35,215 bases of DNA. Source: Parcubacteria group bacterium. Its GTDB lineage: Bacteria; Patescibacteriota; Minisyncoccia; Phycocordibacterales; Zambryskibacteraceae. Numbering within the stretch: the stretch's first letter is position 1; each line of letters starts with the position of its first letter. Shown piece by piece: positions 18,008 through 26,459 of this stretch. A program made the translations under genes and the position numbers. The stretch is from NCBI GenBank assembly GCA_028286805.1, contig JAQBQW010000025.1, positions 1 through 35,215 on the forward strand. The letters are read 5' to 3'. Below the pieces are notes generated by a model. The model did not search any database. It was not told the DNA's origin and was given only the letters and a program-made list of their open reading frames with translations.

Positions 18008-18379
18008 TTATACGACTTCAGGGGCCAATGAAATAATCTTCTGGAAACCTTTTTCACCGATTTCTCGAGGAATGGGACCGAAGACGCGTCCTGCCTGAGG
18101 TTCTTTCTTAGCTTTGTCCAAGATAACAACTGCATTTTCGTCGAATCGAACGTACGAGCCGTCTGCACGGTGGAAAGGAGCACGGGTTCGAACGACCACT
18201 GCATACAAGATGTCCTTCTTCTTAACCACTTTTCGAGGTTCTGCCTTCTGCACTGAGAGAACAACGATATCTCCAATGATGGCCCAGCGCTTCTTTGAAG
18301 CTCCGAGTACTTTGAAGACGCGTCCGATCTTTCCTCCGGAGTTGTCTGCTATTTGTACGATGGATTGTGGTTGGACCAT
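18008..18379 (-). CDS. rplN: 50S ribosomal protein uL14
   Basis: ADNSG, RFDENA, RVFGPI, SLAPEV. Confidence 0.99.
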   Translation of the reverse strand: MVQPQSIVQIADNSGGKIGRVFKVLGASKKRWAIIGDIVVLSVQKAEPRKVVKKKDILYAVVVRTRAPFHRADGSYVRFDENAVVILDKAKKEPQAGRVFGPIPREIGEKGFQKIISLAPEVV

Positions 18380-18392
18380 TGGAGTTGAATGA

Positions 18393-18632
18393 CTACACTA
18401 TCATAAAGTGCTTATCTTTTGAAATAGGGCGGGTTTCGATGATTTCAACCTTGTCCCCTATCTTCTTTGTATTGCCTGCATCGTGCGCCTTGAATTTCTT
18501 CTTGTGCTTGATGAACTTGCCGTATTTAGGGTGCTTTTCGTATCGTTCGACGAGTACGACAACTGTATCCTTCATCTTGTCTGAGACGACGGTTCCCTGG
18601 AATACTTTCTTTTTGTGATTAATTTCGGTCAT
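18393..18632 (-). CDS. rpsQ: 30S ribosomal protein uS17
   Basis: [24 protein letters not shown]. Confidence 0.99.
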   Translation of the reverse strand: MTEINHKKKVFQGTVVSDKMKDTVVVLVERYEKHPKYGKFIKHKKKFKAHDAGNTKKIGDKVEIIETRPISKDKHFMIV

Positions 18633-18637
18633 GGTAT

Positions 18638-18817
18638 TTATTTATGTTTGGTGAGCTCTGTCATGATGCGGGCAATGTCTTTCTTCATGATTGAAGTAGA
18701 CTTGGTATTTTTTGAAGCCTTGCCTCCAAAACGAGATTCACGAAGAGTAATTCTCTTTTCAACAAGAGCTTTCTTCAAATCTGCAACCGGCGTATTTGTA
18801 TAGGAAGTTTTTTTCAT
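18638..18817 (-). CDS. rpmC: 50S ribosomal protein uL29 (59 aa)
   Basis: Below the track cutoff; [18 protein letters not shown]...LRESRF...[12 protein letters not shown]; canonical position between rplP and rpsQ. Confidence 0.93.
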   Translation of the reverse strand: MKKTSYTNTPVADLKKALVEKRITLRESRFGGKASKNTKSTSIMKKDIARIMTELTKHK

Positions 18818-18822
18818 AATGA

Positions 18823-19242
18823 TTACATTCTAGCGACGATCTTGGTTTTCACCGGAAGTTTGGTACCGGCTTTTCGAAGGGCTTCCTTTGCGACAGCTTC
18901 AGGAACTCCGTCTACTTCAAAAAGAATTCTTCCAGCACGAACTGCGGCAACGTATCCTTCGAGATCTCCCTTACCCTTTCCAAGCTTCACTTCCGCAGGC
19001 TTTTTGGTGAATGGCATGTCTGGGAAAATACGAATCCACAAACGTCCAGATTTTCCGATTGATCTCGAAAGCACCTTTCGGGCAGCTTCAATTTGGTTTG
19101 ATCTTATTCTCTGAGGAGCCATAGCTTTCAATCCGAAAGAACCGAACGCAACTGTTATTCCTCGGGTATCAGCACCAACCTTCAGAGGATTTTTCCTCAT
19201 CGTGTGCCATTTTCGGAATTTAACTTTTTTAGGGAATAACAT
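18823..19242 (-). CDS. rplP: 50S ribosomal protein uL16
   Basis: QIEAAR, WIRIFPD, GKGKG. Confidence 0.99.
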   Translation of the reverse strand: MLFPKKVKFRKWHTMRKNPLKVGADTRGITVAFGSFGLKAMAPQRIRSNQIEAARKVLSRSIGKSGRLWIRIFPDMPFTKKPAEVKLGKGKGDLEGYVAAVRAGRILFEVDGVPEAVAKEALRKAGTKLPVKTKIVARM

Positions 19243-19252
19243 ACGCGTTTAA

Positions 19253-19933
19253 TTATTGTTTCTGGATCTGAGCATCCTTTTCAAAGATATCTCCTCGATA
19301 TACCCACACCTTCACTCCAATAGATCCATATGGCATGTTTGCCTTGGTGGAGCAGTAATCTACATCGGCACGGAAAGTCTGCAAAGGAATTCGTCCAAGC
19401 TTTCGATCTTCGGTTCGGGACATGGTAGCTCCTCCAAGGCGTCCTGCCAAGAAGACGCGAACTCCGAGAACGTCTCGGTTTGCCATAACTTTTTCCATAG
19501 TGGATTTGGCAACGCGGCGGAAAGGCATGCGTTTTTCGAGTCCTTCAACAACCATCTGGGCAACAATCGCCGCATTTGATTCAGGAGATTTGATTTCCTT
19601 AATATCCAATTTCAATTCAACCTTTGGATTCAAAAGTTTGTGTTTTTCGAGGAGTTTCTTGAGTTCAAGACGGAGTTTTTCTGAACCATCTCCTTGGCGA
19701 CCGATGATCATACCTGGGCGGGAGCTAGACATAATAACGCGAACGGCCTTTTCGCTTCGTTCGATTTCAATATCTGCTACGTAAAAACCTTTCATCTTTT
19801 TTTCAAGGTATTTTCGGATCAAGATGTCTCCACGGAGGTTTTCCTGGTACTTGCCCTTAGGAGAAAACCATCGAGATTTCCAATCTCTGAGGATGCCGAG
19901 GCGGTGTGAATATGGATGAACTGTATGTGTCAT
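19253..19933 (-). CDS. rpsC: 30S ribosomal protein uS3
   Basis: RPGMIIGRQG KH motif, GRLGGA, GRIPLQTFRADVDY. Confidence 0.99.
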   Translation of the reverse strand: MTHTVHPYSHRLGILRDWKSRWFSPKGKYQENLRGDILIRKYLEKKMKGFYVADIEIERSEKAVRVIMSSSRPGMIIGRQGDGSEKLRLELKKLLEKHKLLNPKVELKLDIKEIKSPESNAAIVAQMVVEGLEKRMPFRRVAKSTMEKVMANRDVLGVRVFLAGRLGGATMSRTEDRKLGRIPLQTFRADVDYCSTKANMPYGSIGVKVWVYRGDIFEKDAQIQKQ

Positions 19934-19938
19934 ATAAA

Positions 19939-20304
19939 TTATTTGGTCTTCTTAGACTTCTTTACCTTAGGAATGACTTCCGCAAGCACAATGTTAACGT
20001 GTGAAGTTCTCTTTCGCATAACGAATGCTCGTCCTCGGGACATTGGAAGGCGGCGGTAAAGGATTTTACCTCCATCAACTGCAATCTCCTTTACAACGAG
20101 GTTTTCCAAAGGGATTGAAAGGTTCTTTGCGTTTGCCACTGCTGATTCAAGAAGCTTCTTTAAAGGTTCCGAAGATCGTTTGGCAACAAAAGAAAGGGTG
20201 ATGATGGCATCTTCCACCTTCTTTCCGCGCACCATATCGGCCACAATACGGACCTTGCGGGGAGACTGTCTATAATTTGAAAGTGTTGCTTTAGCTTCGG
20301 CCAT
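19939..20304 (-). CDS. rplV: 50S ribosomal protein uL22
   Basis: SPRKVR, KLLESAVANA, KRTSH. Confidence 0.99.
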   Translation of the reverse strand: MAEAKATLSNYRQSPRKVRIVADMVRGKKVEDAIITLSFVAKRSSEPLKKLLESAVANAKNLSIPLENLVVKEIAVDGGKILYRRLPMSRGRAFVMRKRTSHVNIVLAEVIPKVKKSKKTK

Positions 20305-20309
20305 ATAAA

Positions 20310-20648
20310 TTATTTTTTAGCGTCTGAGCCTTTTGCGGCCTTAGCAGCTGAGAGTTCGGCTTCCTTCTTCTTCATTTCGAGGTCTTTCTGCATCTTACCT
20401 CCGTGTTTGATGAACTTCCTGGTAAGGGAGAATTCACCCAATCGGTGTCCGATCATGTCTTCGGTAATGAATACCTCGACATGGTCCTTACCATTGTGCA
20501 CGCCGAAGGTAAAACCGATCATCTCGGGAGCAATCTGCGAAGCCCGGGCCCAAGTCTTAATAACGCCGGTGGTTCCGGGTTTCTTTCCTTCGATTTTCTT
20601 CATTACTCGAGGGTCGACGTATGGGCCTTTTTTGGCTGAGCGTGTCAT
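20310..20648 (-). CDS. rpsS: 30S ribosomal protein uS19 with Lys/Ala-rich C-terminal extension
   Basis: [12 protein letters not shown]...VHNGK...GHRLGEF; true start ATG 20648, not track 20771. Confidence 0.98.
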   Translation of the reverse strand: MTRSAKKGPYVDPRVMKKIEGKKPGTTGVIKTWARASQIAPEMIGFTFGVHNGKDHVEVFITEDMIGHRLGEFSLTRKFIKHGGKMQKDLEMKKKEAELSAAKAAKGSDAKK

Positions 20649-20713
20649 ATAAGAAAAGTAAAAGCTCCGAGAGAGCTTCGAGATATAGTATAGAAATGAG
20701 GGAGGAATGTCAA
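20649..20713 (-). promoter_or_regulatory. Dedicated promoter and short hairpin leader of the rpsS-rplE sub-operon
   Basis: TTGACA(20708-20713)-17-TACTAT(20685-20690); leader AAGCTC-TCTCG-GAGCTT then TTACTTTTCTT. Confidence 0.7.
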
Positions 20714-20733
20714 ACTTACTTTTTGTACAAACG

Positions 20734-20768
20734 AAAACCCCACGAAAACCGATGAGGTAATCGTGGGG
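20734..20768 (-). terminator. Intrinsic terminator of orphan 21548
   Basis: CCCCACGA...TCGTGGGG-TTTT. Confidence 0.7.
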
Positions 20769-20792
20769 CAATGCCCCGGTGGAGCCTGCCGC

Positions 20793-21548
20793 CTAGGCGG
20801 ACTTGCGCTTCTTCCCCTGCTTCTTCTCCACAACCTGACGCCTGGCTGCGCTACTGGCACGGATCTGCGTCCGGGTGCCACGACGCTTACGCCGATGAAC
20901 AGGAGCAGTGTCCAGCGAAACCTTGTTGGCCTGGGCGGGTGGCTGGTAGCCAACCCGAGAAACCAACTCACAGTTCGCTTCGCCGACCTTGTTGTCCAGA
21001 TCATAGGAATATTCCCCCACGAGACGGACAATCCAGGTCTGTCCGACTTCCGGCTGCGGTCCGGCCTTTGTGGGTCGGAGCGTTGCGAGAATCCCGAGGA
21101 TGTTCACGTAGGCGATCACTTCGACGCCCGAACGGACAAACGTAACCGACACCTTGAAGGGCTTCTCGTCCTTGAAACGTCCCTTCGAAATCATCGGGGT
21201 CACGGGCTTTGTCGCGACGACCTTGCTCGGCTTCTTGATCCGCGGCTCCTCCTTCTTCGCTGGCGGAGCCGCGAGAATCGGAACTGGAGCCTTGATCGAG
21301 GCGGGCTTGGGTGCGGGCTTCTTGATCGGGGTCAACTCGTGCACGTCGACAGTGATGAGCTGGAAGTTCGGCGTGTTGACGATCCTGAGCCGCTCGATTC
21401 CGCGACACCGTTGTCCCTCCACAGGCTGGAGCGTCGTGTAGTCATCCAGGATGAACACGAAATCCACTCCATCCTTCTGCTCTTCCATCTTGAGCTGGGG
21501 ACCACCCTTTGAAAGGTTGGTCTTCATCTGGAAAACGAAGTCGCGCAT
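20793..21548 (-). CDS. GC-rich basic orphan protein (251 aa): two beta-rich domains, Pro/Lys linker, Arg/Lys tail
   Basis: ATG 21548 with SD-like AAGGTG; TTGACA-17-TAGTAT (21618-21646); strong G/C third-position bias in this frame. Confidence 0.75.
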   Translation of the reverse strand: MRDFVFQMKTNLSKGGPQLKMEEQKDGVDFVFILDDYTTLQPVEGQRCRGIERLRIVNTPNFQLITVDVHELTPIKKPAPKPASIKAPVPILAAPPAKKEEPRIKKPSKVVATKPVTPMISKGRFKDEKPFKVSVTFVRSGVEVIAYVNILGILATLRPTKAGPQPEVGQTWIVRLVGEYSYDLDNKVGEANCELVSRVGYQPPAQANKVSLDTAPVHRRKRRGTRTQIRASSAARRQVVEKKQGKKRKSA

Positions 21549-21652
21549 GTCGGCACCTTGCCCTATTGGGCGGTTATGCTGCAAGAAAACAAGAACTGCA
21601 AACGTGGTACTGGGTTAATACTATCACATAATTAAACTATTGTCAATATATG

Positions 21653-21680
21653 AAAAAGGCCGGGGTCAAGGACTCCAGCC
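21653..21680 (-). terminator. Intrinsic terminator of orphan 22194
   Basis: GGCTGGAGTC-CTT-GACCCCGGCC-TTTTT. Confidence 0.7.
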
Positions 21681-21690
21681 GTCAAATTCA

Positions 21691-22194
21691 CTAACTAATG
21701 ACGCTGATCCCGCCATGATAGAGGGTCAGAATCTGAATTTCACTCCTGTGCACATTCAAACGATGCCGAGGATTCGAGAAGCGAATCACCGCATGAGGCG
21801 GACGCCTCCTCGTTCCAGCAAAGTGGTACTCCTCCACGCTATAAATGCGATCCCCTGGCGTTGGATGGTCTGGGTCGGACAACCTATCCCCGAGCACTTC
21901 CTTGATATGGTCGTCAACGAAGTGCCCCGATGCATCCCGATCAAAAATGATGATGGGTTCATCGGCGTGGGAAAATCCGCACTTTCGCTTGAGCAGGCTT
22001 GTGATGGCATACCCATCGAGCACGAGCTCCCGCATGAAGTAACCAATATCCACGCTTGGAAGCTTTGTCACAGCCACGGGATCGGACAGGGCGCTTTTCC
22101 GCAGCCAGTTATTGCAACCGGAACTGCAAGAAAATGTCCAGTAGATTCTTGGATGACTGATGAGAGTTTTGTCTCGGACTTCGTGCGAATACAT
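21691..22194 (-). CDS. Orphan hypothetical protein (167 aa)
   Basis: SD GAGGA; TTGACA-17-TACTAT (22243-22271); terminator downstream supports the minus strand over antisense ORF 21640-22278. Confidence 0.65.
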   Translation of the reverse strand: MYSHEVRDKTLISHPRIYWTFSCSSGCNNWLRKSALSDPVAVTKLPSVDIGYFMRELVLDGYAITSLLKRKCGFSHADEPIIIFDRDASGHFVDDHIKEVLGDRLSDPDHPTPGDRIYSVEEYHFAGTRRRPPHAVIRFSNPRHRLNVHRSEIQILTLYHGGISVIS

Positions 22195-22290
22195 GAATCG
22201 GTCCTCAAATCGGGTGATACTCAGCTGAGTGAGTCTGATAAAATAGTAGCAGGTAAATTGAAGAGTGTCAATTTTTGATTTTTACGATAC

Positions 22291-22319
22291 AAAAAAAGAC
22301 CGAGAACATTTCTCGGTCT
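22291..22319 (-). terminator. Intrinsic terminator
   Basis: AGACCGAGA-AATGT-TCTCGGTCT-TTTTTT. Confidence 0.8.
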
Positions 22320-22334
22320 GGACCCAGTACAGTC

Positions 22335-22995
22335 CCTGGCTGTACTTAACGAGCTACCGCCTTGTGACGCCGACGCTCCTGAATCCACTGAGGCACTAGT
22401 GCCATCATGTGGTCTGGGAGATTGTCGAATGCCACTCGGACCATTCCCACACTGCGGATGTCGCAGTTGTGGAGCGGGTCCGACACCTCCTTGTCTTCCC
22501 CTTCCTTGACGAGCGTATTCAGGACGAACCTGCCGCCGTTCAGGTCGAGACTTGGAGTTGCAATCGAGGGCTCGACTGGTCGGTAGCACCAAATGAAGAT
22601 GTGCCGCGGCACGCCTTGATTCAGTTCGCTGGTGGCTGGGACTGCGTCGTTGAGACTGATCTCGACGCACCAGGCCTTGCCGCCCGCCTTCTTCTCCTTG
22701 GCCTTCTCGGGATCGCCGACGAAGGGATCGAGGAGTTCCTTGCGCTGTTCGAGAGCGACTTCCAGCTTGTCATACTCGTAGATGAGCATGATCTGGCGGT
22801 CCTTGCGATGCGCGCGGTTGAGGCGGAAGCCGTAGTTACCAAGCATGCTCTCGAGGTCGATCATGTCGACGGGGTGGTTCAGGCGAACGAGACGCACGGT
22901 ATTTCTCCTATCTAGGGATGACTGGGAACGATCTGCTTCTGGGGTAATACTAGCACGATGATAGGTAAATGTCAAGTAACGAACCTGACTGTACT
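22335..22995. repeat. 12-bp direct repeat (11/12) flanking an orphan promoter+ORF unit
   Basis: CCTGGCTGTACT at 22335-22346 and CCTGACTGTACT at 22984-22995. Confidence 0.6.
22346..22897 (-). CDS. GC-rich orphan hypothetical protein (183 aa)
   Basis: GTG 22897 with SD AGGAG; TTGACA-17-TAGTAT (22947-22975); track start TTG is the -35 box itself. Confidence 0.75.
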   Translation of the reverse strand: MRLVRLNHPVDMIDLESMLGNYGFRLNRAHRKDRQIMLIYEYDKLEVALEQRKELLDPFVGDPEKAKEKKAGGKAWCVEISLNDAVPATSELNQGVPRHIFIWCYRPVEPSIATPSLDLNGGRFVLNTLVKEGEDKEVSDPLHNCDIRSVGMVRVAFDNLPDHMMALVPQWIQERRRHKAVAR

Positions 22996-22997
22996 AG

Positions 22998-24512
22998 CTA
23001 TGAAATTGGTGACCACAATTGTTCAGAAAGACCCAATTCGAGAACCTTACGGAATTCAAAACGGGGAATATTAGAGGTAGGGACATCCTGGGGGTTGGGT
23101 CCCCCATTCAAGAGCGAGTTGGTTGCCGTGTCGTAATACCATTCAGGGAATTGTGGCAATGTGCCATGAGCTGCTAATGCAATAGGATCTTCATCAAGGG
23201 AAATATTTTTAGCTTCAGCTTCTTGAAGCCTGATAAGTACAATGAGCGAACGTAGGTCTGGACGTTTTTTCCCCGTGAGAATATTTATATGGCCAGTGGT
23301 TAAGCGAATAGCAACAACATCAAAATTACCTCCTAGATTTGAACGCAAGAACCCGGCAATACTTGGATTATCGGACTCGATAATCATACATTTAAGTTTT
23401 ACTCCTCTTTGGTATACGAAAAATTCTTCGGCCTTGCCGCTTTGTCGTTTTTCTTGAACTTCTTGAGGCATTTCAAAAGTACGTTTTTCTTCCTCAATAC
23501 ACACAGCCTCGAAAATGGGCAGTACAAGATCGATAATTTTCTGCTGGTCCTTCGGATATGTTTTGTTTAGAGTTCCAATAAGACCGGAGATACCGAAAGC
23601 TCTATCAAGAGAATCCAGGGAAATAGTTCCTTTTCCATAGAAGTCACATCTCTCAGCGAGTTGGATAAGCTTATGCAACGCAGGATTACTTCGCACGCCT
23701 AAATACTCCGCAATTAAACCAGATGCTGTAGTCTGCAAAGATCGAGTATGGTGATCGAACGCTCCCTTTCCAATATCAATCAATATGATCCCCTTTTTTG
23801 CTAATGTTTCCTCACTCTCTCCTTCGGGCAACCGGGGAAGCAACATATAATCAGCATCTTTAATACCTGGAAAAAACTTCTCGCCGAAGCGCTTGAGGAT
23901 CATAATGGCAATTATGGTGTCAGTCTGTGGTCTCGTCGGTAATGCAATACTTTTAACAGATCTCGGTTCGCTCGATGGAAAAATAATTGCGTACAATGAA
24001 TTTCTCAAATCTTCATCCGAGTTAACACCGATTCCACTGAGTGCAGACTCCTTGTCAGTACTCTTTCCAAATAAGGTAACATGTGCAGGTGGTACTTCGA
24101 GATTAATTTGGGCATACTCCTGCAATCTGGTTACGAAATCTTTAATTTCCGGAACATCTACCATTTGAATAATGGTTTCTCTTTTTTCTTTTCCGGTTTT
24201 CGAAGAATAATTTTTGAGAAGATGATAGAACTCATCCTTTGCTTCAATATTCCAATTAATACTTTCTGCTATTGATTTTACTTGGTGTAGAGCTTCCTCT
24301 TTTGGAATTCCTTTGGATTCGAAATGGGTCGATAATTTAGCTCCGACAGAATAACCTATGAGAGTAATGTGAAGTTCTTCCTTTTTTAAAAAATGGCTCT
24401 TTTGAGCATATGTAACAACATATTCTGGAATCTGCAACGATTCTGCAGATAAAGAGAGGAGAATGGAAAATTTACTCTCGTTGATTATGATTCGTTCGAA
24501 TTTCAGGTTCAT
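22998..24512 (-). CDS. Fusion protein: N-terminal 2H phosphoesterase-like domain plus C-terminal DHH/MYG1-like domain
   Basis: Two HxT motifs (LHITLI, AHVTLF) in the first ~150 aa; then PTRPQTDT...LIDIGKGAFDHH. Confidence 0.65.
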   Translation of the reverse strand: MNLKFERIIINESKFSILLSLSAESLQIPEYVVTYAQKSHFLKKEELHITLIGYSVGAKLSTHFESKGIPKEEALHQVKSIAESINWNIEAKDEFYHLLKNYSSKTGKEKRETIIQMVDVPEIKDFVTRLQEYAQINLEVPPAHVTLFGKSTDKESALSGIGVNSDEDLRNSLYAIIFPSSEPRSVKSIALPTRPQTDTIIAIMILKRFGEKFFPGIKDADYMLLPRLPEGESEETLAKKGIILIDIGKGAFDHHTRSLQTTASGLIAEYLGVRSNPALHKLIQLAERCDFYGKGTISLDSLDRAFGISGLIGTLNKTYPKDQQKIIDLVLPIFEAVCIEEEKRTFEMPQEVQEKRQSGKAEEFFVYQRGVKLKCMIIESDNPSIAGFLRSNLGGNFDVVAIRLTTGHINILTGKKRPDLRSLIVLIRLQEAEAKNISLDEDPIALAAHGTLPQFPEWYYDTATNSLLNGGPNPQDVPTSNIPRFEFRKVLELGLSEQLWSPIS

Positions 24513-24527
24513 TATTGTTCAGTATAC

Positions 24528-24557
24528 AACAAATCTCCCCGCTTTCGCGGGGAGATT
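24528..24557 (-). terminator. Intrinsic terminator of the MscS-like gene
   Basis: AATCTCCCCGC-GAAA-GCGGGGAGATT-TGTT. Confidence 0.85.
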
Positions 24558-24589
24558 GCCTATTCGGGTATTATCTAGCTATACCAGAA

Positions 24590-25291
24590 TTAGTTGTGAT
24601 CGTGATGCTTGTCGCTCATCTCGCCTCGAAGACGTTCGATGAAACGGGATGCTGCATCCTGTCCGCCAAGACCGAATGAAAGTCCGAGGGCAAGAGAGAT
24701 AGCAATAACGATACCGGTGAAGAGAGTCTGTGAGAATGCTGCTGCGATACCGAGCTGCGAAAGCGCAACCAAGATAGCAAAGATCCAAACTGCCCATTTC
24801 GAAAGCGAACCTGCGAAATTTGCTGAATGAACTCCTGCTGTTCTTGCAGCAGTAACCACTACTCGTTCGATGATGTCCCCTACTACACCTCCGATGAGAA
24901 GGATAAGAGCGGCGACAATAACACGAGGAAGGTACGCGATGACCACTTCCTGGAGGAAGAGGTTAACCTGTGTAAGACCGAGAAGATCAAATACAGGAAT
25001 AAGAACTACCAAGATAACAAACCATTTGACCAAACCACCGATGAACGCACCTGCATCGAGGTTGATTCCACCTCGGCGAAGGAACGAGTCAAATCCTGCA
25101 CGTCGGAGCGCTTCATCAACGCGGAGCGAACGGAAGATCTGCCAGATAGCGCGGCCCAAGAGAGAACCGATAAGCCATCCGAGAATAAGGATAATGATCG
25201 CAATGATCAGGTTTGGGACAAAGTTCACAACTCCGATCCAGAGGTTCTGGAACGAAAGAGCCAACACTTCTCCCCAATTGTTAAGCAACAT
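24590..25291 (-). CDS. TM-helix-repeat membrane protein (MscS/CmpX-like, lacking the cytoplasmic cage domains)
   Basis: Repeated FVPNLIIAIIILILGW / YLPRVIVAALILLIG; ALSQLGI; LALGLSFGLGG. Confidence 0.8.
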   Translation of the reverse strand: MLLNNWGEVLALSFQNLWIGVVNFVPNLIIAIIILILGWLIGSLLGRAIWQIFRSLRVDEALRRAGFDSFLRRGGINLDAGAFIGGLVKWFVILVVLIPVFDLLGLTQVNLFLQEVVIAYLPRVIVAALILLIGGVVGDIIERVVVTAARTAGVHSANFAGSLSKWAVWIFAILVALSQLGIAAAFSQTLFTGIVIAISLALGLSFGLGGQDAASRFIERLRGEMSDKHHDHN

Positions 25292-25397
25292 GTGTTACAA
25301 AAATGGTGTGCGAATGCACTTATTGGTAATGTACCTCTTTAGGGTAACGAATATAGTATACACCTTGTTCTTCCTTTCCAGGCAAGGGTGTGGATAG

Positions 25398-25955
25398 TTA
25401 TACCCCCAGTTTGTTCACAATTTTAATATGATTGAAATCGAGAATGTCTCTGATCAGCTTGTCATACAATCCGTATCTATACTGAAAATCCGCCGTTTCA
25501 AAGGAGGCATACCGAAGCTCTCTTCCGAGTTCTGCTTCCATGCTCTGAATAGCTGAGACGAGTACGCCTTTTTTAATATGATCCCCCACAACCAACAGAT
25601 CGACGCGCGCTTCTGAATCATGCAGAAACACTCCCGAGAGAAGAATCATCTTGATAACACCTGCCCGAGCGATCTTTTTAATAATTTCCTTGTCTGTCAG
25701 AGGACTGGCGTCGATAAGAAAGTGTTCGATAGCGGTCAAATATGGATAACTTTTATTTAACACATACCCCTTAGCCATCTTTTTAACTAGTCCGGCTACC
25801 GCAAGGTTTCTTAATTCTCTCGAAACAGTTGGTCTCTTCTCTTGGGTTCGGTCTGATACGGTCTGGGCATCAAAAGCAGCTTCTGGATTAAAAACAAAGA
25901 GGCGCATGACCTTTACCTTGGCCACTCCTCCGAATATATGGGAAACGGATTTCAT
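25398..25955 (-). CDS. Winged-HTH plus degenerate minimal nucleotidyltransferase-like protein
   Basis: KVMRLF...VSRELRNLAVAGLV (wHTH); LLSGVF...RVDLLVVGD...LGRELRY (pol-beta fold, first catalytic Asp absent). Confidence 0.7.
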   Translation of the reverse strand: MKSVSHIFGGVAKVKVMRLFVFNPEAAFDAQTVSDRTQEKRPTVSRELRNLAVAGLVKKMAKGYVLNKSYPYLTAIEHFLIDASPLTDKEIIKKIARAGVIKMILLSGVFLHDSEARVDLLVVGDHIKKGVLVSAIQSMEAELGRELRYASFETADFQYRYGLYDKLIRDILDFNHIKIVNKLGV

Positions 25956-25994
25956 CTGGCCATTCTACACATATACCCCTGTCTGCGCCAGCGC

Positions 25995-26020
25995 AACAAA
26001 AAACCGCCCGGAGGCGGTTT
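25995..26020 (-). terminator. Terminator after rplL
   Basis: AAACCGCC-TCCG-GGCGGTTT-TTTGTT. Confidence 0.85.
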
Positions 26021-26039
26021 CATGTGTGAAACAGGGAGA

Positions 26040-26441
26040 TTACTTAAATGTAACCTTTCCTCCAGCTTCTTCAATTTTCTTTTTGAGTTCTTCTGCTTCT
26101 TCTTTCTTCATGTCTGCTTTGAGCATAGAAGGAGCTGCATCAACGAGGTCTTTTGCTTCCTTGAGACCAAGTCCGAGAACTTCCTTCACCACTTTGATGA
26201 CGGCGATCTTCTGCGCACCTCCGTCTGTAAGTTCAACGCCCATGCTTGATTTAGCTTCTTCGGCTTCACCGGCTCCTGCTGCAGGACCTGCGGCTGCAAC
26301 TGCTGTTGCTGAAACTCCGAATTTCTCTTCGAAGATCTTAACGAGTTCGTTGAGGTCGAGTACTGACATCTCTTCGATTTCTTTTACGATCTTTGCAAAC
26401 TTTGCGGGAACCGCTACGTCTGCTTTCTGTGCTTCGTCCAT
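26040..26441 (-). CDS. rplL: 50S ribosomal protein bL12
   Basis: [25 protein letters not shown]. Confidence 0.99.
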   Translation of the reverse strand: MDEAQKADVAVPAKFAKIVKEIEEMSVLDLNELVKIFEEKFGVSATAVAAAGPAAGAGEAEEAKSSMGVELTDGGAQKIAVIKVVKEVLGLGLKEAKDLVDAAPSMLKADMKKEEAEELKKKIEEAGGKVTFK

Positions 26442-26459
26442 TGTATTAATGTTAATTGA

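Noticed and set aside
20763..22915. Long plus-strand ORFs 20763-21512, 21640-22278 and 22409-22915
   Set aside because: Promoters, SDs and terminators all point to the minus strand; long antisense frames are expected with GC-rich codon bias
22909..22915. Second possible ncRNA target (CUAGAUA next to the SD of orphan 22897)
   Set aside because: Only 7-8 nt of complementarity, expected by chance
20734..22995. Integron cassette array interpretation of the three tandem orphans
   Set aside because: No attC-like RYYYAAC...GTTRRRY structures and no intI; each unit has its own promoter
25388..25396. DnaA-box-like TGTGGATAG
   Set aside because: Single copy with one mismatch; no cluster or unwinding element
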